A stretch of DNA of 64,000 nt from Candidatus Adlerbacteria bacterium GW2011_GWA1_54_10 (GCA_001004665.1 LCRO01000001.1:483-64482); one strand, 5' to 3'. Counted from the first letter of the stretch, positions 44,789-54,988 are shown. Notes: a model not told the origin generated them from the sequence alone. Program-made: numbers and translations.

Positions 44789-46939
44789 ATGCCAACACGG
44801 GACTATCCGCTCGAAAAAGTTCGCAATTTCGGTATCATCGCGCATATAGACGCGGGCAAGACGACTACGTCCGAGCGCGTGCTTTTTTATACCGGTAGCC
44901 AGCATAAAATCGGCGAGGTGCATGAGGGCGAGACGACGACCGACTGGATGGAGCAGGAGAGAGAGCGCGGCATCACGATAACCGCGGCGGCTATCACCTG
45001 CTTTTGGAGCAAGACCGGAGAGACCGATAAGAAAGATATATCCAAGAAGTACCGCTTCAATATTATAGACACGCCGGGGCACATAGACTTTACAGCCGAG
45101 GTGAAACGCTCCATGCGCGTCCTAGACGGCGCGGTCGTCGTCTTTGATGGCGTGGCTGGCGTCGAGCCGCAGAGCGAGACCAACTGGCGCTATGCCGACG
45201 AGGCCCAGGTGCCGCGGATCTGCTTTATAAACAAGCTCGACCGCATGGGCGCGTCTTTTGAAAAATCCTACGCGTCCATTCTGGACCGGCTCTCAAAAAA
45301 CGCAGTGCGGATGCAAATGCCGATAGGCGCGGAAGAAAAGTTCGAGGGCGTCATAGACCTGCTTTCGATGAAGGCGTACAAATTCGAGGGCAGGATGGGA
45401 GAGGATGTTGTCGAAACGAAGATTTCGGAGAGTTATAAGAACGATGCCGCCGCGTACCGCGCGGAGCTTGTCGAAAAAATAGTCGAGCAGGACGACCGAC
45501 TCCTGCAGGATTATCTGGAAGGCAAAGAGCCGACGATGGATCAGTTAAAGACCACACTTCGCAAGGCGGTCATAGACAACAAAATTTTTCCCGTATACAC
45601 GGGCTCGGCTCTTAAGAACAAGGGCGTACAGTTGGTGCTCGACGCGGTGGTGGATTATCTCCCTTCCCCACTCGAGATACCGCCGGTAAAAGGCATCAAT
45701 CCCAAGACCGGCGAAGAGGTGGTGCGCCATGCATCCGACGAGGAGCCGTTCTGCGCGCTCGCCTTTAAACTGCAGGCGGACCCATTCGTCGGTCAGCTTA
45801 CTTTCTTCCGAGTGTACTCCGGTACCATAGAGGCCGGTTCGTATCTTTACAACTCGACCACGGGCCAGAAAGAGCGGCTCGGCCGCATTGTGCGCCTGCA
45901 GGCGAACCAGCGCGAGGAAGTGAAAAAAGTTTACGCCGGCGAGATAGCGGCGGCGGTGGGGCTTAAGGACACTAAGACCAGTCACACGCTTTGCGACGAG
46001 AACAGCCCGATAGTCCTAGAGCAGATAAAATTCCCCGAGCCTGTCATATCCCTACGTATCGAGCCGAGGACCAAGGCCGACCAGGAGAAAATGGGCATCG
46101 CGCTAAAAAAGCTCTCCGACGAGGACCCGACCTTCAAGGTTACGACAGACCCCGAGACCTTGGAGACGCTTATCTCCGGCATGGGCGAGCTCCATCTGGA
46201 AATTCTGGTTGACCGCATGAAGCGCGAGTTCGGCGTCGAGGCGGACGTGGGCAAGCCGCAGGTCGCGTATCGCGAGACCATCCAAAAAGAGACCGAGGCG
46301 GAGGGCAAGTACATCAAGCAGACCGGCGGCCGCGGTCAGTACGGACACGTGCGGCTGCGCCTCAAGCCGCTTGCGCCCGTGGTGGAAGGCAAGAAGATAA
46401 GCAAGAACACGACGCGCGAAGAGCACTTCGAGTTCGTCAACAGCATAAAGGGCGGGGTTGTGCCGCAGGAGTACATACCCGCGGTCGAAAAGGGAGTGCG
46501 CGAGGCGATGGAGCGCGGCATCGTGGCGGGCTTCAAGATGGTGGACATTTCCTGCGAGCTCTACGACGGCTCCTATCACGATGTCGACTCTTCGGAAATC
46601 GCCTTCAAGATTGCGGCGTCAATGGGTTTTCAGGACGCGGCCAAGAACGCCAGACCCGTTCTGCTCGAACCGATAATGAAAGTTGAGGTCGTCGTGCCGG
46701 AGAAGTTCATGGGCGATATCACCGGCTCCCTAAACAGCAAGCGCGGGCAGATAGAGGGAATGGAGGAACGCGGCCTCGCGCGCGCCGTCAAAGCCAAGGT
46801 TCCGCTTGCGGAGATGTTCGGCTACACGACCGCATTGCGGAGCATGACCGAGGGCCGAGCTTCCTTCACTATGGAGTTCGACCACTATGAGGTCGTGCCT
46901 CCAAACGTTGCCCAGACGATAATTGCGGCGAGGAAATAA
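44789..46939 (+). CDS. fusA: Elongation factor G
   Basis: [25 protein letters not shown] and [10 protein letters not shown] motifs. Confidence 0.98.
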   Translation: MPTRDYPLEKVRNFGIIAHIDAGKTTTSERVLFYTGSQHKIGEVHEGETTTDWMEQERERGITITAAAITCFWSKTGETDKKDISKKYRFNIIDTPGHIDFTAEVKRSMRVLDGAVVVFDGVAGVEPQSETNWRYADEAQVPRICFINKLDRMGASFEKSYASILDRLSKNAVRMQMPIGAEEKFEGVIDLLSMKAYKFEGRMGEDVVETKISESYKNDAAAYRAELVEKIVEQDDRLLQDYLEGKEPTMDQLKTTLRKAVIDNKIFPVYTGSALKNKGVQLVLDAVVDYLPSPLEIPPVKGINPKTGEEVVRHASDEEPFCALAFKLQADPFVGQLTFFRVYSGTIEAGSYLYNSTTGQKERLGRIVRLQANQREEVKKVYAGEIAAAVGLKDTKTSHTLCDENSPIVLEQIKFPEPVISLRIEPRTKADQEKMGIALKKLSDEDPTFKVTTDPETLETLISGMGELHLEILVDRMKREFGVEADVGKPQVAYRETIQKETEAEGKYIKQTGGRGQYGHVRLRLKPLAPVVEGKKISKNTTREEHFEFVNSIKGGVVPQEYIPAVEKGVREAMERGIVAGFKMVDISCELYDGSYHDVDSSEIAFKIAASMGFQDAAKNARPVLLEPIMKVEVVVPEKFMGDITGSLNSKRGQIEGMEERGLARAVKAKVPLAEMFGYTTALRSMTEGRASFTMEFDHYEVVPPNVAQTIIAARK

Positions 46940-47016
46940 ACCGCGCCGCGGCTTGTCAAAATTCGTAAGATATGGTAAGGTAATTACTCCTTATAAATTA
47001 AGGATTTATTGCTATT

Positions 47017-47985
47017 ATGAAAAATAAAGCATACAAAGCCATTTTTTCCATAGTGGCCGGCGCGGCATTTTTGTTCGCCGCCGCCCCCGCCTTTGCGCAG
47101 TATCAGAACTGGTATCCCTATTATTCTTCATCGTATCAGCCCTCGTACTCATATCAGAATTGGTATCAGTCCAACTGGTACGACCCGTACGCATACGGCG
47201 ATTATTCATACGGATGGAATGACTACTATCAACCGTCCGTTCAATATGACTATTGCTATTACGCGCGCGATTGTTACAACTACGGGACGCTCTCAATCGC
47301 GAATGTAAGCGGTCCAAACTCGCTTACCGTCGGACAACAGGGAACATGGACCGTGCGCGTCAGCGGCTCAAGCGGCTATCTTTCTTATTCGGTTATATGG
47401 GGCGACGAGCAGATAAACCCCTATATGCAATCCGCCAGCGCACAGCAGATGTCTTCTTCCGGAACATTCACCCACACATACCGGCAAGCAGGGACATATT
47501 CGCCGCGCTTTACTGTAACTGACTCTTACGGACAATCGCAGAGCGCGAGCGCTACGGTGACCGTATCAGGCGGCGGGACCATTTGCGGAACGACTTACAG
47601 CTATCCTGTCGGAAATTCTATTTACTGTCCGCTCCCGCCACCTGTATCAGGAAATTTTTCTGCCATCCCGACCTCCGGCGCGGCGCCGCTTGCGGTGATA
47701 TTCGGCATTCAAGGCAGTTTCTCATTCTATACCATTGACTTCGGCGACGGACAAACTACGAATGGCGCTATTTTGGATACCGACTGCTCGGTCGCGGGAC
47801 GCTGCACGAGTACTCACACCTACGCCTCCGCCGGAACCTACACCGCGATACTGTATCAAGGCGGCAAAACGTCAACGCAGCCGGTGCGGACGCTAGGTAC
47901 GGTAACCATAACGGTATCCGGCGGATACGGCGGCGGCTGGTATTGCGGTTACTATCCCTGGCTGTGCTACGGGTGGCAGGAATAA
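47017..47985 (+). CDS. Secreted Tyr-rich protein with two PKD/Ig-like domains
   Basis: Signal peptide, YQNWY repeats, WGD..FTHTY..AGTY and DFGDG..HTYASAGTY; has its own TTGTCA-N17-TAAGGT promoter. Confidence 0.85.
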   Translation: MKNKAYKAIFSIVAGAAFLFAAAPAFAQYQNWYPYYSSSYQPSYSYQNWYQSNWYDPYAYGDYSYGWNDYYQPSVQYDYCYYARDCYNYGTLSIANVSGPNSLTVGQQGTWTVRVSGSSGYLSYSVIWGDEQINPYMQSASAQQMSSSGTFTHTYRQAGTYSPRFTVTDSYGQSQSASATVTVSGGGTICGTTYSYPVGNSIYCPLPPPVSGNFSAIPTSGAAPLAVIFGIQGSFSFYTIDFGDGQTTNGAILDTDCSVAGRCTSTHTYASAGTYTAILYQGGKTSTQPVRTLGTVTITVSGGYGGGWYCGYYPWLCYGWQE

Positions 47986-48101
47986 GAATTTGCTTGCGGC
48001 TTTTGGCGCTGTTTGCTAATATGAGCTTCAATCGCGTATGGGCGTGGTCATGTCGTGTTCGCTGTCATTAATCATTAATTGTAAATCGTAAGTTTATCTA
48101 T

Positions 48102-49295
48102 ATGGCAACATTCGAGAGGGCGAAGCCGCACATAAACGTCGGCACCATAGGACACGTCGACCACGGAAAAACGACGCTCACTGCGTCTATTCTCCACGTA
48201 CTCGACATGGCAAAGGCAGAGGGTTATGGCGCGCGCGTCGAGGGAGTCGAAGGCATTGACAATGCACCCGAGGAAAAGGCTCGCGGAATAACCATCGCTC
48301 TCCACCACAGCGAATATTGGACTCCGGAACGGCACTACGCGCACATCGATGCGCCCGGTCACGCGGACTACATCAAGAATATGATTACCGGCGCGGCCCA
48401 GATGGACGGCGCGGTTTTGGTGGTTGCTGCAACCGACGGCGCAATGCCCCAGACTAAGGAGCACGTTCTCCTTGCTAAACAGGTGGGCGTCCCGAAGATC
48501 ATCGTCTTCCTCAACAAAGTGGACATGGTCGATGACAAAGAGATGGTTGACCTTGTAGAGGCGGAGGTAAAGGAGCTCCTCGCGAAACAGGGTTACGCCG
48601 ATTCGCCGGTCATAAAGGGCTCGGGGCTTAAGGCGCTTGAGGCGAAAGACCTGAACGACGAATGGGCGCAAAAAGTGCTCGAACTCGTCAAAACCATAGA
48701 TACTTACATCCCCACCCCGCAGCGTGACGTCGATAAGCCTTTCCTCATGCCAGTCGAGGACATCTTCTCGATCGAGGGCCGCGGCACCGTGGTTACGGGC
48801 CGCATCGAGCGCGGCAAGGTTAAGGTAGGTGAGGAAATAGAGATAATCGGGCTCCATCCGACGCAGAAGACGACAGTCACCGGCATCGAGATGTTCAACA
48901 AATCCCTCGATGAGGGACTTGCCGGCGACAACGCGGGCATTCTCCTGCGCGGCACAAAAAAAGAAGACGTCCACCGCGGGCAGGTGCTAGCCAAGCCCGG
49001 CTCCGTAACACCGCATAGCGAGTTCGAGGGCGAGGTATACGTCCTTAATAAGGATGAGGGCGGCCGACACACGCCTTTTTTCTCCGGTTACAAGCCCCAG
49101 TTCTACGTGCGCACGACAGATGTCACCGGCGAGGTAACTCTCCCTTCGGGAGTCGAGATGGTCATGCCGGGCGATACCATAACCTTCAAGGTCAAACTCG
49201 TGGCGCCCGTGGCTCTCGAGGAGCAGACACGCTTTGCGGTCCGCGAGGGCGGCAAGACTGTTGGCGCGGGAGTGGTTACTAAGATAATAGCTTAA
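48102..49295 (+). CDS. tuf: Elongation factor Tu
   Basis: [22 protein letters not shown] and NKVD motifs. Confidence 0.98.
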   Translation: MATFERAKPHINVGTIGHVDHGKTTLTASILHVLDMAKAEGYGARVEGVEGIDNAPEEKARGITIALHHSEYWTPERHYAHIDAPGHADYIKNMITGAAQMDGAVLVVAATDGAMPQTKEHVLLAKQVGVPKIIVFLNKVDMVDDKEMVDLVEAEVKELLAKQGYADSPVIKGSGLKALEAKDLNDEWAQKVLELVKTIDTYIPTPQRDVDKPFLMPVEDIFSIEGRGTVVTGRIERGKVKVGEEIEIIGLHPTQKTTVTGIEMFNKSLDEGLAGDNAGILLRGTKKEDVHRGQVLAKPGSVTPHSEFEGEVYVLNKDEGGRHTPFFSGYKPQFYVRTTDVTGEVTLPSGVEMVMPGDTITFKVKLVAPVALEEQTRFAVREGGKTVGAGVVTKIIA

Positions 49296-49669
49296 TGGCG
49301 GCAACAAAAGTTAAAAAAACAACTGTGCCGAAGCGTAGCCGCAAGGTTGCCGCAGAAGTTGCCCCGCAACGCTTGCGCATCAAAGTGCGGGCGTACGAGC
49401 ACAAGGTGCTTGATGCGTCGGTCAAGCAGATACTCGACACCGCATTGCGTTACGATGCAAAAGTCGCGGGTCCGATACCCCTGCCGACGGAAATAAAAAA
49501 ATATACGGTCAACCGTTCAACCTTTATCTACAAAGACGCGCGCGAGCAGTTCGAGATGCGCGTGCACAAGCGCATCATCGACATTCTCGACCCTTCCCCA
49601 AAAGTTATCGAGGCTCTTACCAATCTCTCGCTCCCTTCCGGCGTTACGATAGAAGTTAAGATGTTGTAA
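49295..49669 (+). CDS. rpsJ: 30S ribosomal protein S10
   Basis: GPIPLPT and AREQFEMRVHKR motifs. Confidence 0.97.
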   Translation: MAATKVKKTTVPKRSRKVAAEVAPQRLRIKVRAYEHKVLDASVKQILDTALRYDAKVAGPIPLPTEIKKYTVNRSTFIYKDAREQFEMRVHKRIIDILDPSPKVIEALTNLSLPSGVTIEVKML

Positions 49670-49767
49670 TTCGGTGCGCGTTTTTTTTGCTTGCTTGCTT
49701 GCGCGCCGCGGCCGGCTCGTGTATATTCCTTGTAACGCAGAAATAGCGTTGCCGATGTCCCTCCGGG

Positions 49768-49787
49768 CCTGCCTGCCGGCAGGCAGG
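49768..49787. repeat. Family C perfect palindrome in the rplC leader
   Basis: CCTGCCTGCCGGCAGGCAGG. An 18-bp sister copy lies inside pilB at 29129-29146. Confidence 0.8.
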
Positions 49788-49804
49788 GACCAATGACAAC
49801 TTGT

Positions 49805-50416
49805 ATGAAATTCATTCTTGGAAAAAAGGATAAAATGCTCACCGTATTTACGGAAGACGGGCGCGCGCGAGCGGCGACCGTGGTTATAGCGGAGCCCGCC
49901 GTGGTAACGCAGGTAAAGACGGTTGAGAAAGACGGCTACAGGGCGGCGCAGATAGGCTCCGGTTCTACAAAAGAATCGCGGGTCAATAAGGCCCAGCTCG
50001 GGCACGCCAGAGGCAAGGCCTTGAGGCATTTCCGCGAGATTCGACCTCGCGGAGAGGCGCCGGAAGTCGGCAGTGCCATAGATGTATCTGTTTTTTCTCC
50101 GGGCGACACGGTGGAGATTTCCGCAATATCCAAAGGCAAAGGGTTCCAAGGCGTTGTTAAGCGCCACGGCTTCCACGGAGGTCCGCGTAGTCACGGACAG
50201 AAACACAGCGAGCGGGAGCCCGGAGCCATCGGCGGCTCTGGTGGCCGCGCAGGCGGCAGGGTTGCCAAGGGCATACGCATGGCGGGCCGCATGGGTGCAG
50301 AGCGCGTGACGGTGCGCAATCTGTCGGTCCTGCAGGTACACCCGGAAACGAACGAAATGGTAATCTCCGGCGCGATACCGGGCCGGAGAGGAACGCTTGT
50401 TGAGATAAAAGGTTAA
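49805..50416 (+). CDS. rplC: 50S ribosomal protein L3
   Basis: SKGKGFQGVVKRH, SHG and MAGRMG motifs. Confidence 0.97.
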   Translation: MKFILGKKDKMLTVFTEDGRARAATVVIAEPAVVTQVKTVEKDGYRAAQIGSGSTKESRVNKAQLGHARGKALRHFREIRPRGEAPEVGSAIDVSVFSPGDTVEISAISKGKGFQGVVKRHGFHGGPRSHGQKHSEREPGAIGGSGGRAGGRVAKGIRMAGRMGAERVTVRNLSVLQVHPETNEMVISGAIPGRRGTLVEIKG

Positions 50417-50421
50417 AAATT

Positions 50422-51057
50422 ATGGAAGCGAAAGTTTACAACATGCAAGGCAAAGAGGCGGGAAAAATCGAGTTGCCCGAGAATATTTTCGGCTTGAAGT
50501 GGAACGCCGATTTGATTCATCAGGTAATTACCTCGATGCAATCCAACGCGCGCGCGGGCACGGCGCACACAAAGGGCCGCGGCGAGGTGCGCGGCGGCGG
50601 GCGTAAGCCCTGGCGCCAAAAGGGTACCGGCCGCGCGAGGCACGGCTCTCGGCGCTCGCCGATATGGCGGGGAGGAGGGGTCGCGCACGGTCCGCGTGCG
50701 GAAAAGGACTATTCCAAAAAAATAAGTCGCTCCATGCGCCGGAAGGCTTTGTTCGTCGCGCTCTCGCGCAAATTCAAGGACGGGGAAATCGTTTTTATGG
50801 ATTCGCTCTCGTTTAAGGTGCCCAAGGCAAAACAGGCTCTCGCGTTTCTTTCCGCGCTCAAAATAAGTAGAAAGAGAAATGCCGCGCTTGTAGCCCTGCC
50901 CGCGGCGCATATGCCGACGGCGCGGAGCTTCAGCAATTTCGGCAATGTTGCGGTAGAGGATGTCCGCAACCTCAATCCGGTCTCCGTATTCTCCAAAAAG
51001 CAGTTGATTATTGCAGACCCCAAAATAGCGATAGATATTTTCTCTAAAAAGATATGA
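50422..51057 (+). CDS. rplD: 50S ribosomal protein L4
   Basis: KPWRQKGTGRARHGS motif. Confidence 0.97.
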   Translation: MEAKVYNMQGKEAGKIELPENIFGLKWNADLIHQVITSMQSNARAGTAHTKGRGEVRGGGRKPWRQKGTGRARHGSRRSPIWRGGGVAHGPRAEKDYSKKISRSMRRKALFVALSRKFKDGEIVFMDSLSFKVPKAKQALAFLSALKISRKRNAALVALPAAHMPTARSFSNFGNVAVEDVRNLNPVSVFSKKQLIIADPKIAIDIFSKKI

Positions 51058-51341
51058 TCAAGCATCCGTCAAAAATCCTGCTCTCGCCGCGCGTTACGGA
51101 AAAGGGCGCCCACCTCTCCGAGCGCGACTGCTATGTCTTTAACGTCTCCCCGTTCGCGAACAAGCGCGAGATATCGAATGCGGTACGCGAGATATTCAAA
51201 GTGAAGCCGCGGCTTGTGCGCATCGCCCGAGTGGCGCGCAAAAAAGTGCATGCTCGCGGCAATAAAAAAGGTGGCATGACCGCAGGCGGCAAAAAAGCCT
51301 ACGTATATCTTAAAAAGGGCGACAAAATTGAGATAATTTAA
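51054..51341 (+). CDS. rplW: 50S ribosomal protein L23
   Basis: PRVTEK...ANKREI...KKAYVYL. Confidence 0.95.
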   Translation: MIKHPSKILLSPRVTEKGAHLSERDCYVFNVSPFANKREISNAVREIFKVKPRLVRIARVARKKVHARGNKKGGMTAGGKKAYVYLKKGDKIEII

Positions 51342-51363
51342 CCATTCGACAAGCTCAGGGTAA
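51342..51363 (+). repeat. Family A element between rplW and rplB
   Basis: CCATTCGACAAGCTCAGGGTAA after the stop codon. Confidence 0.85.
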
Positions 51364-51377
51364 TTTTAAGAAAAATT

Positions 51378-52220
51378 ATGAAGACCTACAAGCCATACAC
51401 CAAATCGCGCCGGCATTTCTCGACGACGACTTTCAAGGGGAAGCTCACGGCACAGGAACCCTATAAGCCGCTCACAGCCGGCCGCAAACGCCATGTAGGC
51501 CGAAGCAACGGTCGCATAAGCGTCCGCCACAAGGGCGGCGGGCACAAGCGCCTTTTCCGCGACATTGATTTTTCGTACCAGAAGCGCGTGCCCGCGCGGG
51601 TAGAAACGGTGGAATATGACCCGAACCGCTCCGGATTCATCGGCCTGCTCCTTTATCGCGACGGAGAGAGACGCTATGCTCTTCTACCGCAGTCGGTAAA
51701 AGCTGGGGACGCTATAGAAACCACGGAGTCCGCGCCCGTATCACCAGGCAACCGCCTGCCGCTCAAGGGCATACCGATAGGCGCGTTCGTCTACAACGTG
51801 GAGCTCAAGCCGGGGCAGGGCGGCAAGATGGGCCGAGCCGCGGGCGCCAACATCGAGGTCCTCGCTCGCGACGTAGGATATGTGGATCTTAAAATGCCAA
51901 GCTCGGAGGTCAGGAAAGTCCTTGAAACATGCTGGGCGACAGTAGGACAGGTAAGCAATGAGGAGCATCATTTGGTGAAAATCGGCAAGGCGGGGCGCTC
52001 GCGCTGGATGGGGGTGCGCCCCACGGTGCGCGGCAGCGCGATGAATCCGGTGGACCATCCATACGGCGGCGGCGAGGGAAGAAGCGGTCGCGGATTGCGT
52101 CGCGCCAAAACCCTTTGGGGCAAGCCCGCCGGCAAGGGACAGAAGACAAGGCGCCCGAAGAAATATTCCAATTATCTGATAGTTTCCCGCCGCAAGGTCG
52201 GCAAGCGCAAGAAGTCGTAA
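51378..52220 (+). CDS. rplB: 50S ribosomal protein L2
   Basis: EYDPNRS and [17 protein letters not shown] motifs. Confidence 0.98.
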   Translation: MKTYKPYTKSRRHFSTTTFKGKLTAQEPYKPLTAGRKRHVGRSNGRISVRHKGGGHKRLFRDIDFSYQKRVPARVETVEYDPNRSGFIGLLLYRDGERRYALLPQSVKAGDAIETTESAPVSPGNRLPLKGIPIGAFVYNVELKPGQGGKMGRAAGANIEVLARDVGYVDLKMPSSEVRKVLETCWATVGQVSNEEHHLVKIGKAGRSRWMGVRPTVRGSAMNPVDHPYGGGEGRSGRGLRRAKTLWGKPAGKGQKTRRPKKYSNYLIVSRRKVGKRKKS

Positions 52221-52288
52221 AGGCTTGCCTGAAGCGGGTATTTTTAGTACTATCTTTGAATCCCGCTCCGCGGGATTTATTTAAGGAT

Positions 52289-52633
52289 ATGTCACGATCG
52301 CTAAGCAAAGGCCCATATGTAGACGGGAAACTCCTCAAAAAAGTGGGGGGCAAAAAGCCGGACGATGCCGGCGTAATTAAGACGTGGGCGCGGCGCTCGA
52401 TGATACCACCCGAGTTCGTGGGCTTTAAATTCGGCGTATACAACGGCAGGCAGCATATCGAGGTATTGGTTACCGAGGACATGGTCGGACACAGGCTCGG
52501 CGAATTTTCTCCAACGAAGAAGTTCCTCCGCCATGGCGGCAAGATACAGAAGGAGCTTGAGCAAAAGCAAAAGGAGGCGGAGATAGCGGCCGCGCAGGCG
52601 GCCAAGACGGCCTCCGATGCGGCAAAGAAATAA
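52289..52633 (+). CDS. rpsS: 30S ribosomal protein S19
   Basis: [11 protein letters not shown]...[12 protein letters not shown]. Start ATG 52289. Confidence 0.97.
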   Translation: MSRSLSKGPYVDGKLLKKVGGKKPDDAGVIKTWARRSMIPPEFVGFKFGVYNGRQHIEVLVTEDMVGHRLGEFSPTKKFLRHGGKIQKELEQKQKEAEIAAAQAAKTASDAAKK

Positions 52634-52657
52634 TACTCCGACTTTGCTCAGGATAAA
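52634..52657 (+). repeat. Family A element between rpsS and rplV
   Basis: TACTCCGACTTTGCTCAGGATAAA after the stop codon. Confidence 0.75.
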
Positions 52658-52668
52658 TTAAGAAATTT

Positions 52669-53028
52669 ATGCAAGCCTCAACCGCAAAACTAAAGAACTA
52701 CAGACAGGCGCCACGCAAAGTGCGCCTTATCGCCGATACGGTCCGCGGCAAGCGCGCGGACCGCGCGCTAGGCCTCCTCTCGTTGCTCCCCAAGCGCGGC
52801 GCAGAGTCCATGGCAAAACTAATACGCTCCGCGGTGGCGAATGCAAACATGCCTGCAAGCGATCTTTATATTTCGAAGATAGAAGTAGGCGGAGGAGTGG
52901 TCTTCAAACGTCTTATGCCCCGAGCGCGTGGCCGTGGCAGCCAGATAAGAAAAAAGGCTTCTCACATCACGCTTTCGCTTTCAAAAAAATCGGACCCGAA
53001 ATCACAAAAACATGAGCAAGGTAGTTAA
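52669..53028 (+). CDS. rplV: 50S ribosomal protein L22
   Basis: APRKVRLIAD...SAVANA...PRARGR. Confidence 0.97.
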   Translation: MQASTAKLKNYRQAPRKVRLIADTVRGKRADRALGLLSLLPKRGAESMAKLIRSAVANANMPASDLYISKIEVGGGVVFKRLMPRARGRGSQIRKKASHITLSLSKKSDPKSQKHEQGS

Positions 53029-53683
53029 TCCATTTTCGCATCGTCTCGGTATTCTTCGCGACTGGCGGCATCGCTGGTTTGCCACTGGAAGGGGATACCA
53101 AGACAACCTAAAGGCGGACATCCTTCTGCGCGAATTTTTGCAGAAGGAGCTGCGCGGGATGTATATCGGCGGTATCGAATTGGAGCGCAGCCGCGGCGCT
53201 TTGCGCGTCATCATCAAGACTAGCCGGCCTGGCCTGATAATCGGACGCTCCGGCGAGGGTTCGATGAAGCTCAAAAATTCCATCATGCGATTTTTGCAGA
53301 AGCGCGGCCTCAATGTGCCGGAGCTTCGGCTCGATGTGGAGGAGATACGCTCGCCCGAGAGCAGCGCGGCAATAGTGGCGTACATGGTCGCGGAGGGTCT
53401 TGAGAAGCGCCTTCCTTTTCGCAGGGTGCTCAAACAGACTGTGGAAAAGGTAATGGCGAATCGCGATGTCAAAGGCGTGCGCGTCGGCATATCCGGAATG
53501 CTGGGCGGCGGCAGTATGTCGCGCACCGAGCATCTTAAAAAGGGGCGTATACCACTGCAGACCCTTCGCGCCGACGTCGACTACGCGCGCGAGCGCGCGA
53601 ACTTGCCGCTCGGCGTCATAGGCATCAAGGTTTGGATATACAAAGGCGACGTGTTCGCCGATAAGGGCAAGGGCTCCAAATAA
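53012..53683 (+). CDS. rpsC: 30S ribosomal protein S3
   Basis: RPGLIIGRSG, PLQTLRADVDY and GIKVWIY motifs. Confidence 0.97.
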   Translation: MSKVVNPFSHRLGILRDWRHRWFATGRGYQDNLKADILLREFLQKELRGMYIGGIELERSRGALRVIIKTSRPGLIIGRSGEGSMKLKNSIMRFLQKRGLNVPELRLDVEEIRSPESSAAIVAYMVAEGLEKRLPFRRVLKQTVEKVMANRDVKGVRVGISGMLGGGSMSRTEHLKKGRIPLQTLRADVDYARERANLPLGVIGIKVWIYKGDVFADKGKGSK

Positions 53684-53687
53684 AAAC

Positions 53688-54107
53688 ATGCTATTCCCGA
53701 AAAAAGTAAAATTCCGCAAATGGCACACAATGCGCCGCAACCCCAAAAAGGCAAAGGTCGCTACGCGTGGCGTTGCTGTTTCCTTCGGCAGTCACGGTCT
53801 TAAGGCGATTACCCACGCGCGCGTGCGCGCGCGCCAGATAGAGAGCGCGCGCAAGGTCATAGCGCGCAATTTGGGAAAGACAGGCAAGCAATGGGTGCGC
53901 ATCTTCCCCGATCATCCCTACACGCAGAAGCCTCCGGAGGTAAAGCTGGGCAAGGGCAAGGGCGACCCTGTAGGCTACGAGGTCGAGATATGGCCGGGGC
54001 GGATACTGTTTGAGGTTGATGGCGTGCCAGATGGGCAAGCGATCGAGACCCTGATAAAGGCCGGCAAGAAGCTCCCGCTTAAGGTTGCCGTGGTATCAAG
54101 GCGTTGA
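53688..54107 (+). CDS. rplP: 50S ribosomal protein L16
   Basis: MLFPKKVKFRK, QIESAR and LGKGKG motifs. Confidence 0.97.
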   Translation: MLFPKKVKFRKWHTMRRNPKKAKVATRGVAVSFGSHGLKAITHARVRARQIESARKVIARNLGKTGKQWVRIFPDHPYTQKPPEVKLGKGKGDPVGYEVEIWPGRILFEVDGVPDGQAIETLIKAGKKLPLKVAVVSRR

Positions 54108-54108
54108 T

Positions 54109-54309
54109 ATGAAAAAACTCGACCTTACAAAGCACACGCAGGAAGACCTGAATAAGCTCGTCGCGCAAAAACGCGAGGAATTGCGGGCCTTGCGTTTTGC
54201 CGTAGCCGGCAGTAAAAATCGCAATGTCAAACTGGCGCGCGTCTTGCGCAAGGAAATAGCGCGGGCGCTGACAAGGTTAAGCCTTAACGCCAGGACTCCC
54301 AAGGTTTAA
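54109..54309 (+). CDS. rpmC: 50S ribosomal protein L29
   Basis: ELRALRF...LRKEIARALT; position between rplP and rpsQ. Confidence 0.93.
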   Translation: MKKLDLTKHTQEDLNKLVAQKREELRALRFAVAGSKNRNVKLARVLRKEIARALTRLSLNARTPKV

Positions 54310-54315
54310 CCTTTA
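54272..54315. repeat. Family B element forming the 3' end and stop codon of rpmC
   Basis: CAAGGTTAAGCCTTAACGCCAGGACTCCCAAGGTTTAACCTTTA (44 bp). Confidence 0.75.
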
Positions 54316-54321
54316 ACTCAC

Positions 54322-54561
54322 ATGGAAACTAAACTAAAAGAATTTAAGGGCGTTGTCGTGTCGGATAAAATGCAGAGCACCGCTGTGGTCGCCGTCTCGC
54401 GCTATGTCAAGCACCCTAAGTACAAAAAATACATGAAGAAAACCACTCGCCTTATGGCGCACAATGCGGGTGGCCGCGCCAAAGTGGGGGACAAAGTTAC
54501 CGTACGCTCCTGCCGCCCGCTGTCCAAAACCAAGCACTTCGAGATAGTGTTCGAGCAGTAA
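54322..54561 (+). CDS. rpsQ: 30S ribosomal protein S17
   Basis: GVVVSDKM, HPKYKK and RPLSKTK motifs. Confidence 0.97.
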   Translation: METKLKEFKGVVVSDKMQSTAVVAVSRYVKHPKYKKYMKKTTRLMAHNAGGRAKVGDKVTVRSCRPLSKTKHFEIVFEQ

Positions 54562-54567
54562 ACATTT

Positions 54568-54948
54568 ATGATACAAGACCGATCTCTCGTGAATATTACC
54601 GACAACTCCGGCGCCAAGATAGGACGCATTTTCAAAATACCCGGTTCGTCTAAAAAACGGTATGCGGAAATAGGCGAGGTCGTCATCCTATCGGTGCAGA
54701 CCGCGGAGCCGCGCAAGCAGATAAAAAAGAAGGACATTCTGCGCGCTGTAGTGGTGCGACAACGCAAGCCCTTCCGCCGCCGCGACGGCTCCTATGTTCG
54801 ATTTGATGACAATGCGGTCGTCATAATCGAGGGCGCCGGCAAGAATCCCAAAGAGCCGCGCGCAGGGCGCATCTTCGGACCCATACCGCGCGAATTGCAG
54901 GAACTCGGATACCAGACGATTATTTCCCGCGCCCCCGAGGTTGTTTAA
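54568..54948 (+). CDS. rplN: 50S ribosomal protein L14
   Basis: DNSGAK, RRDGSYVRFDDNA and RIFGP motifs. Confidence 0.97.
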   Translation: MIQDRSLVNITDNSGAKIGRIFKIPGSSKKRYAEIGEVVILSVQTAEPRKQIKKKDILRAVVVRQRKPFRRRDGSYVRFDDNAVVIIEGAGKNPKEPRAGRIFGPIPRELQELGYQTIISRAPEVV

Positions 54949-54971
54949 CCATTCGACAAGCTCAGGGTAAA
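54949..54971 (+). repeat. Family A element between rplN and rplX
   Basis: CCATTCGACAAGCTCAGGGTAAA after the stop codon. Confidence 0.85.
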
Positions 54972-54988
54972 TTTTCAGGAAAAAACTT

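Noticed and set aside
30215-48974. Long antisense ORFs (e.g. 30215-31450, 31815-32723, 48075-48974) and similar shadow ORFs
   Set aside because: They lie opposite well-conserved genes in GC-rich DNA and have no recognisable motifs.
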